From the NCBI GenBank assembly GCA_963714425.1, contig CAVQOI010000006.1, positions 99,629 to 163,628 of the forward strand: 64,000 bases of DNA, read 5' to 3'. Positions 9,578 through 20,100 of this stretch are shown here, one piece after another. This DNA is from an uncultured Chloroflexia bacterium. Its GTDB lineage: Bacteria > Chloroflexota > Anaerolineae > Anaerolineales > UBA4823. Under the pieces are notes generated by a model. That model was not told where the DNA came from, did no database searches, and worked only from the letters and a program-made list of their open reading frames with translations. Numbering within the stretch: the first letter of the stretch is position 1; each line of letters opens with the position of its first letter. Made by a program: the position numbers and the translations under genes.

Positions 9578-10489
9578 ATGTCCAATGAAAACAATCCCCT
9601 GACCGCTCTTTCAGACGCGATGGCGGACGCTGTCGCCCGCGCCGGTTCGGGAACAGTTATGGTGAACGCTCGGCGGCGCTTCCCGGCTAGCGGCATTGCC
9701 TATGCCAAAAATATGATCCTGACTGCCGACCATGTTGTCGAGCGTGATGATGATATCAATATACTCCTGCCAGATGGCAGTGAGATGAAAGCCAGCCTGG
9801 TGGGGCGCGACCCCGGCAATGACCTGGCTGTGCTCAAGGTGGCTGGCGCTTCGCTGTCGGTTGCTGAGTCCGCGCCATCAGACGCCCGCGTGGGCCAGCT
9901 GGTCCTGGCGCTGGGGCGGCCTACATCCGAAGGCATCCAGGCCAGCCTGGGGATCGTCAGCGCCATTGGCGGACCGGTTCGCACCGGACGTGGCGGCTTG
10001 CTCGACCGCTATTTGCGCACCGACGCTACACCCTACCCCGGTTTTTCTGGCGGGCCTCTGGTGGATACCGCTGGTCGTGTGATCGGGGTGAACACCTCGG
10101 GTCTGGCGCACGGTGCTTCGTTGGCTATCCCTGTCAGCCTGGCCTGGCAGATAGCCGGCGTCCTGGCAAAACACGGGCGTGTGCGCCGCGGTTTCCTGGG
10201 GGTTCGCAGCCAGCCGGTGTCCATTCAGGGAGCACAGCAGAAAGCATTGGACCGAGAGCAGTCCACTGGCTTGCTGCTTGTCGGTGTAGAAGAGGATAGT
10301 CCTGCGGGAGCCGCTGGGCTGCTGGTGGGCGATATTATTGTCGCTATTGCCGGCGAACCGGTTTCTGACCCGGACCAGCTCTTGGCGTCTCTGGTAGGCG
10401 ATGCGGTCGGTAAAGCCATACAGGTGCAGGTTCTGCGCGGCGGTCAGGCCAAGACAATCAAGGTTACAATTGGTGAACGCAAAGAGTAG
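9578..10489 (+). CDS. S1C (HtrA/DegP-like) serine protease with PDZ-like C-terminus, no signal peptide seen
   Basis: Triad contexts TADHVV, NDLAVLKV and GFSGGPLV. The C-terminal GFLGV...GLLLVGVEEDSPAGAAGLLVGDIIVAI is PDZ-like. Confidence 0.8.
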   Translation: MSNENNPLTALSDAMADAVARAGSGTVMVNARRRFPASGIAYAKNMILTADHVVERDDDINILLPDGSEMKASLVGRDPGNDLAVLKVAGASLSVAESAPSDARVGQLVLALGRPTSEGIQASLGIVSAIGGPVRTGRGGLLDRYLRTDATPYPGFSGGPLVDTAGRVIGVNTSGLAHGASLAIPVSLAWQIAGVLAKHGRVRRGFLGVRSQPVSIQGAQQKALDREQSTGLLLVGVEEDSPAGAAGLLVGDIIVAIAGEPVSDPDQLLASLVGDAVGKAIQVQVLRGGQAKTIKVTIGERKE

Positions 10490-10550
10490 AGACATCTCGG
10501 TGGGGCGCATTAGCCCCCGGATGGATCGTCCTGGAGTACCAGATTCAACC

Positions 10551-11219
10551 ATGAACGCTTTAGAGTTATCCGATCGTGTCGCCGGCGCTCTGGCAGCCAC
10601 TGCCCGGACTGTCCAGCGCAGCCTGGTGGTTGTCCAAAACGGGCGTCAGGGTGCAGGGGCAGGTGTGGTCTGGCGCAGCGCCGGATACATTATTACCAAT
10701 CATCACGTCGTCGCCCAGCATCGAGGCTTCTTTGGGCGTAGAAGAGGTCACCGTGTAGCTGCAAAATCCTATCGAGTGACCCTGCCAGATGGCCGTGAGC
10801 TTCCAGCGCAGGTGGTCGCCGAAGAGCCTGAGCTGGACCTGGCGCTGCTGAAGATTGATGCCCAGGATCTTCACCCGGCGCCGGTTGCCGACTCGCGTGG
10901 GCTGCAGGTTGGACAGATTGTGCTGGCGGTGGGTCATCCATGGGGGCAGAGAAATGCTGTCACCGCAGGGATCATCAGCGGCTTAAGTACTGCCCAAACG
11001 CAAGGTCCGGCGGGAGCAGGCCGCTCCGTGCCCATCATCCGCTCTGATGTCACCCTGGCGCCCGGTAACTCCGGCGGGCCGATGGTGAACGCCACCGGCG
11101 GCGTGGTTGGGATAAACACCATGGTCGTGGGCGGGGACCTGGGCGTAGCAATTCCCAGCTACGAAGTGGACGCTTTTGTTCGGCGAGCCTTGGATGGAGG
11201 CAAAGAGGCGGTGGTGTGA
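10551..11219 (+). CDS. trypsin-like (S1C) serine protease, no PDZ, no signal peptide seen
   Basis: Triad contexts TNHHVV, LDLALLKI and GNSGGPMV. I chose the start at ATG 10551. 10521 is possible. The 10401 extension overlaps the upstream gene. Confidence 0.7.
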   Translation: MNALELSDRVAGALAATARTVQRSLVVVQNGRQGAGAGVVWRSAGYIITNHHVVAQHRGFFGRRRGHRVAAKSYRVTLPDGRELPAQVVAEEPELDLALLKIDAQDLHPAPVADSRGLQVGQIVLAVGHPWGQRNAVTAGIISGLSTAQTQGPAGAGRSVPIIRSDVTLAPGNSGGPMVNATGGVVGINTMVVGGDLGVAIPSYEVDAFVRRALDGGKEAVV

Positions 11220-11839
11220 TTCGAGTCGCCATTGTGGCTCAGGCAGCGGCTTTACGCCTGGGATTGCATAGCCTGCTGGGTGATGGCGAAGCCGTGGAGG
11301 TGGTTGCTGAGGCCGCTTTCATCACCGAGCTTGAGATTCCATTACATGAGATTGACGTGCTGGTCCTGGCCTCGCCGCTCCTGCCTGTTGACCTGAGAGA
11401 TTTGCTTGAGATCGATGGCGCGCCGGCGCTTCTTCTGCTCAGCGAGGGTGAGCGCGCCTCGACAGCGCTCGCCGGACTGGCAAGCGCTTGGGGCGCTTTG
11501 CCTTTGGACGCCAGCGCTGAGGAGCTTGTGGCGGCAGTTTCTGCTTTGCACCAGGGGCTGATAGTGGTAGCGCCTGCGCTGGCGGAGCCGGCTCTTCAGC
11601 GAGTGCTCGGCATGCAAGCTGGGGATGTAGAGGCCCTGGCAGCGCCGCTCACCGAGCGCGAATTGGAGGTGCTGCAGTTGCTGGCTCAGGGCATGGCGAA
11701 CAAGCAGATCGCTCACTCGCTGAGCATCAGCGAGCACACCGTGAAGTTTCACGTCTCGGCGATCTACTCCAAATTGGGGGCGACCAACCGCACGGAGGCA
11801 GTTCGGTTAGGGGTCCAGCAAGGATTGGTAATTTTATGA
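11216..11839 (+). CDS. LuxR/NarL-family DNA-binding regulator with degenerate (pseudo-)receiver domain
   Basis: The GTG start overlaps the protease stop (GTGA). The C-terminal LuxR HTH is LTERELEVLQLLAQGMANKQIAHSLSISEHTVKFHVSAIYSKLG. The receiver-like N-terminus lacks the DD pocket and the phospho-acceptor Asp by eye. Confidence 0.8.
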   Translation: MIRVAIVAQAAALRLGLHSLLGDGEAVEVVAEAAFITELEIPLHEIDVLVLASPLLPVDLRDLLEIDGAPALLLLSEGERASTALAGLASAWGALPLDASAEELVAAVSALHQGLIVVAPALAEPALQRVLGMQAGDVEALAAPLTERELEVLQLLAQGMANKQIAHSLSISEHTVKFHVSAIYSKLGATNRTEAVRLGVQQGLVIL

Positions 11840-12037
11840 GGTTCTTCCACTCAAGTCTTTGGTTCAGTGATCAATCGAAAGATTATTGAAAACCCAGGAA
11901 AATAATCCTGCGAGGCGGACGCCAGCCCACCGAAGCTGCCTGGTGACACCTTGCGTGGGGGATTGCTTCGGAACCCCTAGGGGACTTCTTTGCCATGACC
12001 TCCCCTGAGATCATATTTCGAATATCTACGCAGTCTT

Positions 12038-12274
12038 TTGGGAGGGTATAATGATGGTGTGGCCAATTCAGAGTATGTTGCTTTTCGGAATCGATGGGAA
12101 GCTGTAAAAAAAATCGAGATAGTGGAAGCACAAACCGCTACCGTCGAATTGCGCTGGAAACAACTCAATGGAATTCTTCGCCTGGCAAGGGGATTGAACT
12201 TGCGTCTCGACTCTTCTGATGATTCGGAGTTTATTGTCTTCGAACGTTGGGTTAAGTTAAGGGAGGCAGGTTGA
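12038..12274 (+). CDS. small hypothetical protein (candidate antitoxin-like partner)
   Basis: 78-codon ORF with a non-ATG start. Its stop overlaps the TTG start of the next gene (TTGA at 12271-12274). The stretch is locally AT-richer. Confidence 0.4.
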   Translation: MGGYNDGVANSEYVAFRNRWEAVKKIEIVEAQTATVELRWKQLNGILRLARGLNLRLDSSDDSEFIVFERWVKLREAG

Positions 12275-12843
12275 AAACCCCAGATGAGCTCTCGCCACTC
12301 CTGGAACCATTATCTGCCTTACAAAAACTGATCTCACATTTTGGCGAACGGGGCATCATCATAGGGGGAATCGCCGCCAGTCTTCTAGGCAAGCCCCGCT
12401 TAACAGCAGATATCGATGCATTAATCCTCTTACGGACAGAAGAAATACATGAGTTGATTTCAGTAGCTCAGGGGGAAGGGCTGACAACAAGGATCGATAA
12501 CGCAGCGGAATTTGCGCGCAAGAATCGCGTACTATTACTCACCCACCAAGCCAGTATGACGAATATTGATATTTCTTTAGGTCTATTACCATTTGAGGAA
12601 GAAGCGGTTGCCCGAAGTTTGGTTTTTGATGCTTCTGGGATATCCATACGCTTGCCTACCCCGGAGGATCTAATCATCTTTAAGGCGGTTGCTCACCGTC
12701 AGAAAGACCTGATGGATATCGAATCCATTATCGAGAGTCACCCTGATCTAGATCAGGAGCGCATTGAGAATTGGGTAAAACAATTTGCAGACGCTTTGGA
12801 TATGCCTGAGATTTGGGATGATCTCGCAGATCTGCTTATGTAA
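12271..12843 (+). CDS. minimal nucleotidyltransferase-fold protein (DUF6036 / AbiEii-like N-terminal motif)
   Basis: IIIGGIAASLLGKPRLTADIDALI matches the GG-x-A...G-x-x-R-x-T-x-D-x-D nucleotidyltransferase motif. The protein is 190 aa. Confidence 0.55.
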   Translation: MKTPDELSPLLEPLSALQKLISHFGERGIIIGGIAASLLGKPRLTADIDALILLRTEEIHELISVAQGEGLTTRIDNAAEFARKNRVLLLTHQASMTNIDISLGLLPFEEEAVARSLVFDASGISIRLPTPEDLIIFKAVAHRQKDLMDIESIIESHPDLDQERIENWVKQFADALDMPEIWDDLADLLM

Positions 12844-12904
12844 TGTATTGAAATTCAATCAGTGAGGATAGACAATTTCTTGAGTACTCACATGGTTAAA
12901 ATCG

Positions 12905-12928
12905 GAGGCCCCGGCTTGCCGGGGCCTC
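12905..12928. terminator. bidirectional hairpin between convergent genes
   Basis: GAGGCCCCGG-cttg-CCGGGGCCTC followed by TCTTATTT. It lies between the stops at 12843 (+) and 12935 (-). Confidence 0.6.
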
Positions 12929-12934
12929 TCTTAT

Positions 12935-13429
12935 TTAATTGTTGCTTGCGATCTCTTTCGCTTTGCCTTCGATCACCTTGGGTGTCTCAACTTTGCTGAC
13001 GGTTATGCGCTTGGGCTTGACCTCTTCGGTCTTGGGTAGGTGTAAGCTGAGCACGCCGGCCTCGAAGCGGGCCTGGATGGCGTCCGACTGCACATGCGTG
13101 GGCAGGGTCAGCCTGCGGGTGAAGCTGCCATAGCGGCGCTCGCGCAGGTGATAAAGTACGCCCTCTTTCTCCTCTTCACCTTTGAACTCGCCCTTGAGGG
13201 TCAAGGTCTTGCCGCTGAAGGTGATATCCAGGTCATCTGGGTTGATGCCCGGCAGCGAGGCTCTGACAACGTACTCGTCATCGGTCTCGGCGACGTCCAG
13301 GGCCAACTCGTCTGAAAGCGACTCCCACTCCCAGGAAGGGCCAAAGTAAGCGTCGTTGAAGAGCCGGTCCAGAGTGCTGCGCAACGACATCATTTCGCGG
13401 AAAGGATCTCTACGGGTAATGTTGAACAT
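12935..13429 (-). CDS. Hsp20/alpha-crystallin small heat-shock protein
   Basis: 164 aa with an alpha-crystallin core (ALDVAETDDEYVVRASLPGINPDDLDITF...GSFTRRLTLP...AGVLSLHLPK). Confidence 0.9.
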   Translation of the reverse strand: MFNITRRDPFREMMSLRSTLDRLFNDAYFGPSWEWESLSDELALDVAETDDEYVVRASLPGINPDDLDITFSGKTLTLKGEFKGEEEKEGVLYHLRERRYGSFTRRLTLPTHVQSDAIQARFEAGVLSLHLPKTEEVKPKRITVSKVETPKVIEGKAKEIASNN

Positions 13430-13578
13430 AGCTACCTCCTTTGCTGATCGCTCCTGAACGGATCAGCTTGATACATTAGCATCTTAAACCATAGATGTCA
13501 GAAGAAGATAGGAGGAATATATGAAGATTGTAAAAAAATACCCTTGTGGTCGCGGCGAGATTATAGCAAAATGAATTT

Positions 13579-15021
13579 GTGTTGATATCTGTAATCAGAC
13601 CAGGCTTCAGGCAGGTCGGCGGGATCTCGTTCCTCGCAGGCGCGGCGATGCTGGCTTGCTTTGTCGGGATTTCCCGGCTACCCAGCTTGCGTGGTGAGCA
13701 CATGGCGTCTTATTTGAGCTTTTTTATGCTCGCCGGGTTAGCCTGCACCATAGCAGGCTTGCGTATGCGCCGCGACAGCCTACCCGTGGCTATCCTCTGG
13801 GGGTTTGCCATCCTGTTCCGTCTGCTGCTGCTGGCAAATACTCCCAGCCTCTCGGACGATGTCTACCGCTATATCTGGGATGGGCACCTCTTGAGCCAGG
13901 GGGTGAACCCCTATTCAGAGCCCGTTGACTCGCTCGAGCTATTGAGCTACGACATTCCTACGCGCCAGATGGTGAACCATGCCTGGATGGCTTCCCCCTA
14001 CCTGCCAGTCGCCCAGGTGTATTTCGCCGTCATCACCCGCATTGCCCCGCGCAGCGCCGTTGCCTTTCAGGTAGGGGCTTTAGCCATGGATTTGCTGACC
14101 GGCTGGCTGGTCATGGCAACCCTGGCGAAGCTGGGTTTGCCCCGCCAGGCAGCCTTGCTCTATCTGTGGAATCCATTGGTCGTGGTGGAGTTTGCCCATG
14201 GCGCCCATGTTGATGTGCTGATGCTGTGCCTGACCATGGCGGCGCTGTTAATCGCCGTATCAGGCTCCAACTCACCGCATCACCAGTGGGCTTCAGCGTT
14301 GTGCCTGGGGGCGGCGACTCTGACCAAGCCGCTGCCAGTGCTTCTGGTGCCCTTGCTGCTTTCTCGTTGGAGATGGCGGGGGTTGGCAGTTTATGTGCTC
14401 ACGATCACCAGCGCTTGCGCCCTTTTTGCCGCAGGTGCTGGATGGGGGTTGGTGGGAGAGCTGGATGGCAGGGGCGTATTCGGCGCGCTGCGCATCTACG
14501 CCAGCTATTGGAACTACAACGGCAGCCTGTACCATTGGCTGGAAGTATGGCTGAGCGGCTACCCCAGCCCGGGGGCAGTGCCGCCGCAGGTCGCCGGTGA
14601 GGCGACCGTACGCATCCTGCGCGCCATCACTGGGGGGATGACCCTGCTGGCAGCTCTTGGCGCAGGCTTGGCTACGCAGAGGAATTTAGACGATCGCAGG
14701 CTGGCAAGATTGGTATGGATCCCTTTTGGGACTTACCTTCTGCTGGCGCATACTCTCCATCCCTGGTACGTAACCCTGGTCCTGCCGTTCCTACCCTTCC
14801 TGGTTGCTGGTGCTGCAGAGCATTCCTCCCACAGCCGCTTCGTCTGGCCATGGCTGTACTTCTCGATTGCGGTCGGGTTGTCTTACGTCACCTATCTCGA
14901 TCCGCAGAACCCGCGCGAGTTCGACCTTGTCCGTCAGGTTGAATACTTCCCTCTTTATTTTGGTTTGGCATGGGCAGCCTGGCCATATGTTTGGCGGAGG
15001 GTGAGAATAAAACTTCAATAA
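13579..15021 (+). CDS. GT-C fold mannosyltransferase-like membrane protein (GT87/DUF2029-like)
   Basis: Polytopic protein with the SDDVYRYIWDGHLLSQGVNPYS loop motif typical of PimE/DUF2029-type enzymes. The true start may be an internal Met. Confidence 0.6.
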   Translation: MLISVIRPGFRQVGGISFLAGAAMLACFVGISRLPSLRGEHMASYLSFFMLAGLACTIAGLRMRRDSLPVAILWGFAILFRLLLLANTPSLSDDVYRYIWDGHLLSQGVNPYSEPVDSLELLSYDIPTRQMVNHAWMASPYLPVAQVYFAVITRIAPRSAVAFQVGALAMDLLTGWLVMATLAKLGLPRQAALLYLWNPLVVVEFAHGAHVDVLMLCLTMAALLIAVSGSNSPHHQWASALCLGAATLTKPLPVLLVPLLLSRWRWRGLAVYVLTITSACALFAAGAGWGLVGELDGRGVFGALRIYASYWNYNGSLYHWLEVWLSGYPSPGAVPPQVAGEATVRILRAITGGMTLLAALGAGLATQRNLDDRRLARLVWIPFGTYLLLAHTLHPWYVTLVLPFLPFLVAGAAEHSSHSRFVWPWLYFSIAVGLSYVTYLDPQNPREFDLVRQVEYFPLYFGLAWAAWPYVWRRVRIKLQ

Positions 15022-15148
15022 AACGAGTGATTTTAAACGAAAACAGCAGGTTTGTATACTATACTCTAGAACACCGTGTGTATCAATCCGTGGTAAGAAT
15101 GCGCAGGTTTGAACCGTCAATAAATCAGGTTTCAAAGATAGACAAGAG

Positions 15149-15658
15149 ATGGAGGGTGATTTTATGGGTACAGTCTTCAAGGAAACGCAAACGAGAGCGC
15201 CTCTGGGATGGATTGCAGCGTTGCGTATCGTGGTCGGGGTGATGATCTTGACAACATGGTTCAGCAACATGATGAAAGGATTTTATACCCCCGAAGGATT
15301 GTTAGATTTCTTCACGCATGTTTTCCCTCAATCCGAGAACCCGCTCGGATGGTACGCGGCGTTCATTAATAATGTAATCCTGCCGATCCGGGGCGTGTTC
15401 GCGCCCTTCCAGCTGGTTGCCGAATTTGCCCTGGGGATTGCCCTCCTCCTCGGCGCCTTCACACCGCTCTTCAGCTTGGCAGGCATCTTCTTTCTGCTCA
15501 ATACGTTCTTTGCCACCTATGGGCACGACTGGCCCTGGGCTTATGGGTTGCCAATTGCCATCCTGGGAGTGACTTTCCTGACGCGCGCTGGTAGGGCGCT
15601 GGGGATCGACGCGGCCCTGCTCACACGTTTTGGAGAGCGCGGGCGTCTGCTTTGGTAA
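15149..15658 (+). CDS. DoxX/DoxD-like small membrane protein
   Basis: About 165 aa with four predicted TM helices (LGWIAALRIVVGVMILTTW...). It sits between two glycosyltransferase genes. Confidence 0.5.
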   Translation: MEGDFMGTVFKETQTRAPLGWIAALRIVVGVMILTTWFSNMMKGFYTPEGLLDFFTHVFPQSENPLGWYAAFINNVILPIRGVFAPFQLVAEFALGIALLLGAFTPLFSLAGIFFLLNTFFATYGHDWPWAYGLPIAILGVTFLTRAGRALGIDAALLTRFGERGRLLW

Positions 15659-15661
15659 GCT

Positions 15662-17152
15662 ATGTTCATTGTTGAATCCCTGTATGGTATCGCATCTTTC
15701 ATCCTGGCAGTTTACGGCCTTAACAGCCTGTACCTGATCTGGCTTTACCTGAAATCCAGACAGCCCCGCCCGTCTCCACCGACGCTGGCATTTTGGCCGC
15801 GCGTGACCCTCCAGTTGCCTGTATTCAATGAGATGCACACCGTTGGTCGCCTTCTGGCGGCAATCAACGCTCTGGAGTACCCCCGCCACTTGCTGGAGGT
15901 GCAAGTGCTGGATGATTCTACCGACGAGACATCAGCCATTGTCGCCGCGCAGGTCGCCAGGCTGAGCGCGCACGGCCTGAAGATTGCCCACCTGCGTCGC
16001 CTGAACCGGCATAATTACAAAGCCGGGGCGCTGGCTGCTGGGTTACAGAGTGCGCGTGGTGATTTCATTGCTGTCTTTGACGCGGATTTCGTCCCGCCTC
16101 CGGACTATCTCAAGCGCGCCCTGCCCTGGTTTGCAGACACTCGTGTAGGCTGCGTGCAAGCCCGCTGGACTCACACAAACCGAGAATACTCCTGGTTCAC
16201 GCGCTTGCAGGCGTTGGCCATTGATGGACACTTTATCGTCGAGCAAACCGCCCGCTCGCGCCACCAGCTCTTTCTGAACTTCAACGGCACAGCGGGCATA
16301 TGGCGGCGCGCTTGCATTGAAGACTCCGGAGGCTGGCAGGCGGATACGCTAACCGAAGACCTTGACCTGAGTTACCGGGCGCAGCTCAAGGGTTGGCGTA
16401 TCGAATACCTGCCCGAATTGTGTGTGCCAGCTGAGCTACCGGTGCAGGTGGCTGCCTTCAAGCGCCAGCAGGCGCGCTGGGCTCGTGGCAGCCTGCAAAC
16501 CGCGCGCAAGCACGCCCTTCCATTGTTGCGCGCCCGGCTGCCATTGCGGATCAAGATTGAGGCATTGCTTCACCTGACACATTACTTCGTCCACCCGCTC
16601 ATTCTCCTGGCGCTCATCCTGGCTTTGCCCATGAGCCTGGCGCGTTCTCCGTTGCTGGCCTGGGCGCCTGTCCTCATCATAGCCGCCCTAGGACCGCCTC
16701 TGCTGTACCTGGTTGCAAGCGCTCCGGATGTACCCGGCGTGTGGCAACGCCTGGCATTGATCCCGGGGCTTGTGTTCCTGGGGATTGGATTATCGGTCAA
16801 TAACAGCCGGGCTGCGCTATTGGGGTTGCTGTCTAATTCCACAGGGTCTTTCCAGCGCACGCCGAAGTTTGCCCTTCACAATGTAGAGGATCGCTGGCAG
16901 CTCAGCCGTTATGCCCTGCGGCACGATTCCTGGGTATGGGTCGAGCTGGTCCTGGGTATCTACGCGCTGGTCTGCGTTCTCTTCTTTTCAGTACAACGCA
17001 ATTGGGGCTTTGTCCCCTGGCTGCTTCTTTATGCAGGTAGCTTTAGCTATGTGGTCTCGCTGGCGCTGGCGCAAACTGCCCAGCACGTACACTTGATCAA
17101 AAACAGGTCTGTAGGTGTTACGCCTGCGGGAACGATCGATGCCACCTGGTAG
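15662..17152 (+). CDS. processive family-2 glycosyltransferase (cellulose-synthase/CslA-like)
   Basis: D,D,D,QxxRW signature: VLDDSTDET, VFDADF, LTEDLDLSYR, KRQQARWARG. TM helices are present at both ends. Confidence 0.85.
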   Translation: MFIVESLYGIASFILAVYGLNSLYLIWLYLKSRQPRPSPPTLAFWPRVTLQLPVFNEMHTVGRLLAAINALEYPRHLLEVQVLDDSTDETSAIVAAQVARLSAHGLKIAHLRRLNRHNYKAGALAAGLQSARGDFIAVFDADFVPPPDYLKRALPWFADTRVGCVQARWTHTNREYSWFTRLQALAIDGHFIVEQTARSRHQLFLNFNGTAGIWRRACIEDSGGWQADTLTEDLDLSYRAQLKGWRIEYLPELCVPAELPVQVAAFKRQQARWARGSLQTARKHALPLLRARLPLRIKIEALLHLTHYFVHPLILLALILALPMSLARSPLLAWAPVLIIAALGPPLLYLVASAPDVPGVWQRLALIPGLVFLGIGLSVNNSRAALLGLLSNSTGSFQRTPKFALHNVEDRWQLSRYALRHDSWVWVELVLGIYALVCVLFFSVQRNWGFVPWLLLYAGSFSYVVSLALAQTAQHVHLIKNRSVGVTPAGTIDATW

Positions 17153-17161
17153 CTGCGTCCA

Positions 17162-20100
17162 TCAGGGCAGTTTATCCAGCTCGGCTTTGGCGCGGGTGGC
17201 TGCCTGTTCTAAGGATGCATCGCACGCGGCAGCTGCTTGAAACTCTGTGTTTGCCTGATCTGCCTGCCCTATAGCGTAGTAGACCCATCCTAACGTGAAG
17301 TGTGCCTGTGCCCATTGAGGGGCGCGCTCGACAATTTTTTGGGCGAGGTCGAGTGCCAATTGAGGTTCGCTGCTATCGCCTGAGAGGCTCGTAGCCAGGT
17401 AGCTGCGGGCTTCCAGCAGGGGAACGAAAAGCTCAGCGTAGTCTCCTGAAATATTCACCCCATATTCCGGAAGCAGTTTGCCTGCTTGCTCGTAGGCGCT
17501 CAGGGCAGCTTCGCCATCCCCACGGCGCAATGCAATATCTCCCAGCAGGGTCTGGGCAGCGGCGTTTGACGGGTATCCTTGCAGTGCAAGCTGGAGCTCA
17601 CCTTCTGCTGCCGTGAGATTGCCGCGCTCGAGCTGGATCACACCCTGGTCATAATGCGCCAACGATTGGAATACCGGCGGCAGGGAGCTGGATTCCAGCG
17701 CAGTCTGCAAGAGATCTTCTGCCTCTTGTAGTTGTCCATTCCCCAGATAAAACTCGGCAGCCACCAGGTGGGCGAGCATGTCATCCGGATATTTTTCCAG
17801 CAAGCTTGCCATGACTTCAGCTTGCTGTTCATAATCCCCCTGAGCGGCATAGGCAGAGGCTGGCAGCGAAAAATACAGCGCCTGGCTCGCCCCAAGCGTG
17901 GCTGCTTGGGAGTAGTTTTTCGCCATGTCACTCAGGTCGCAGCGCTTATAAGCCACCTGACCCAACCCCAGATATCCCACAGGATCATCGCCATTCAGGT
18001 CGACCAGTGCCTGGTACGTACCCTGTGCATCCTGCAGCCGACCAACGCGAGAGTACAGGCCGGCAAGCTGGTTGAGCAACAATGAATTTTCGGATGCGCT
18101 GACTGTAGCAGCTTCTAGCTCCAGGATCGCCTCTTCGACGTTTCCCAATCTGGCAAGTAGCAATGCAACCTGGGAGCGCAGCTCGGGCGAGTCCTGCAGC
18201 GCCAACGCCTTGCGGTATGATTCTACAGCGCCTTCCAAATCCCCGTTTGCCGCCAGAGCATCCCCCAATCCCGCGTGCGCCACGTACATCCCTGGATCGC
18301 CATCGATTGCCTGCTGGTACTCATGGATTGCAGTTTCGGTCTCGCCGCGCTGCGAATAGATGAGGCCAAGGTAAGCATGAACATTGGGGTCTTCCTGGAT
18401 GCTGAGCGCTTGCTGGTATGCAGCGATGGCTTGATCGATCTCCCCCAGCTTTTCGTAGGCATTCCCCAATGAGACGCGTGCGCTGGCATCTTCCGGATCG
18501 TCCTGAGCCACCCTTTGGAATTCATCGCGCGCTTGGGCAAATTCGCCTTTCTCGTAATACAGCGATCCCAGCGCATACCGGGCGCTGCTCATCTTCGGGT
18601 CGAGGCTGATCGCCTGGGAGAGGGCGCTTTGTGCTTCTACATTGCGATCTTGTAGCAATTGAGTCACACCCAGAAGATAGCTGGACGAGGCGGCGTATGG
18701 TTCGAGCTTCGCTGCCACGCTGAACTCGGCTTCAGCTTGCTCATAATTGCCTTGCTCCCAGTAATACCCGCCAAGCAGCAGGTGCGGGTCTGGGTCGCAG
18801 GGCGATAGGCTTGCAGCCGTTTCAAAGGACTGCCTGGTCTTCTGCTCGTCCTCCAGCTTCAGATATGCCAGGCCCAGGAGTGTGAATGCAGAGCTATTCT
18901 CTGGTTCCAGCTCGCTCCAGCTTTTGAATTCTCGCACTGCATCTTCAAGCCGACCGTTCTGCAGGGCGATGCTGCCCAGCCCGCGGTGAACGTCAGGTAA
19001 ATCGGGCTGCAATTCTTGAGCCTGAAGGAACGCCTCGCGCGCCTCGTCCAGTTTCCCGGCTTGCAGGGTTGCGTCTCCCAGGGCAATGAGGGATGCAGCT
19101 GTTTCCACATCCTGGTTGCTTTGCTGCTCTTGGAGGACTTCGATGGCTTGGTCGTACTGCGATTGCGCCGGGGCGTCTTGCCCGGATGCAGCATACAAAG
19201 AAGCCAGCATCAATAATGCATCTTCATCCTGGGAGTCGCGTTCTACCGCCGCTTGAGCAGCCTGGATTGCCAGATCGATCTGCCCAGACTGGCTGTACAG
19301 CCCGGCCAGAAGCGTGTGGTTGGCAGGCTCATTGGGTTGCAGGGTTGCCGCCTGCTTTGCCGCAGCAATGGCGTCTTCAAGGCGCACCGCGGGAGAGCAC
19401 ACCTGAGGATAAAGAACCGCCAGGTTGTAATAAACTTCTGGGAGCTGGGGGTTCAAGGCGCGTGCGGTTTCGAGATCTTGCACCGCCTCGATGAAGCGAT
19501 TGCTTTGAGCCAGCCCCACTGCCCTTTGCATGTAGACCAATTCCGCCCCTGGTGAGGCTTGCTTGCCGCCCGTACCGTTATCCGATGTGGGTGGAGCGAC
19601 CTTGGAGAGAGCTTTGTCGTACAGAATCAGGGCTGTCTCCAGGTCACCCTGCGATTGGTACGCCAGGGCTAATACTGCTTCGGTGATATAGGCTACTTGC
19701 TCCGGCCCGTTCTCTACGAAAAGATTGAGCTCGTCCACCATGCGCGGCACGCGCAGGTATTTGAAGAAGTCACCAAGATCAACCTGCGCCGGTCCGCCAG
19801 CCTCTGCCAGCCCAGCAGCTTTGGCGGTTTGCAGGAATATGTTGCTGCCCGGTGTGGCGGGGGTCGGGGCCGGTTCGAGCATCTCGATTGATGGGCTGAC
19901 CCCCAGATCATCGTACCAGCCCCAGATCAGGATCGCAGCCCCCAGCTTTTTGCCGGCTGCCTTGGCCAACTCAGCATCCGTATAGGTCTCTCCCAGGCGC
20001 ACCACATTCACCTGTCCCCCCAGGTCAGACAGCTCGCTCTCCAGCTGGTCGAAGATGCGCCGCCCGAAATCCACATTAATCGAAGCCTGCGAGCCGTCGA

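Noticed and set aside
10401-10550. Long N-terminal extension of the second protease (ORF track start 10401)
   Set aside because: The extension overlaps the end of the first protease gene in another frame and is Arg/Cys-rich junk-like (MRSVKPYRCRFCAAVRPRQSRL...). The protease-domain homology starts after Met at 10551.
15047-15133. Three CAGGTTT(G/C) repeats upstream of the DoxX-like gene as an operator array
   Set aside because: There are only three short copies with irregular spacing (57 and 22 nt), which could easily be chance in an AT-rich spacer.
15302-15904. 200-aa minus-strand ORF spanning the DoxX-like/GT2 junction
   Set aside because: It is antisense to two well-supported CDSs, and its composition is biased towards Arg/Gln/Glu/Gly with no recognisable motifs.
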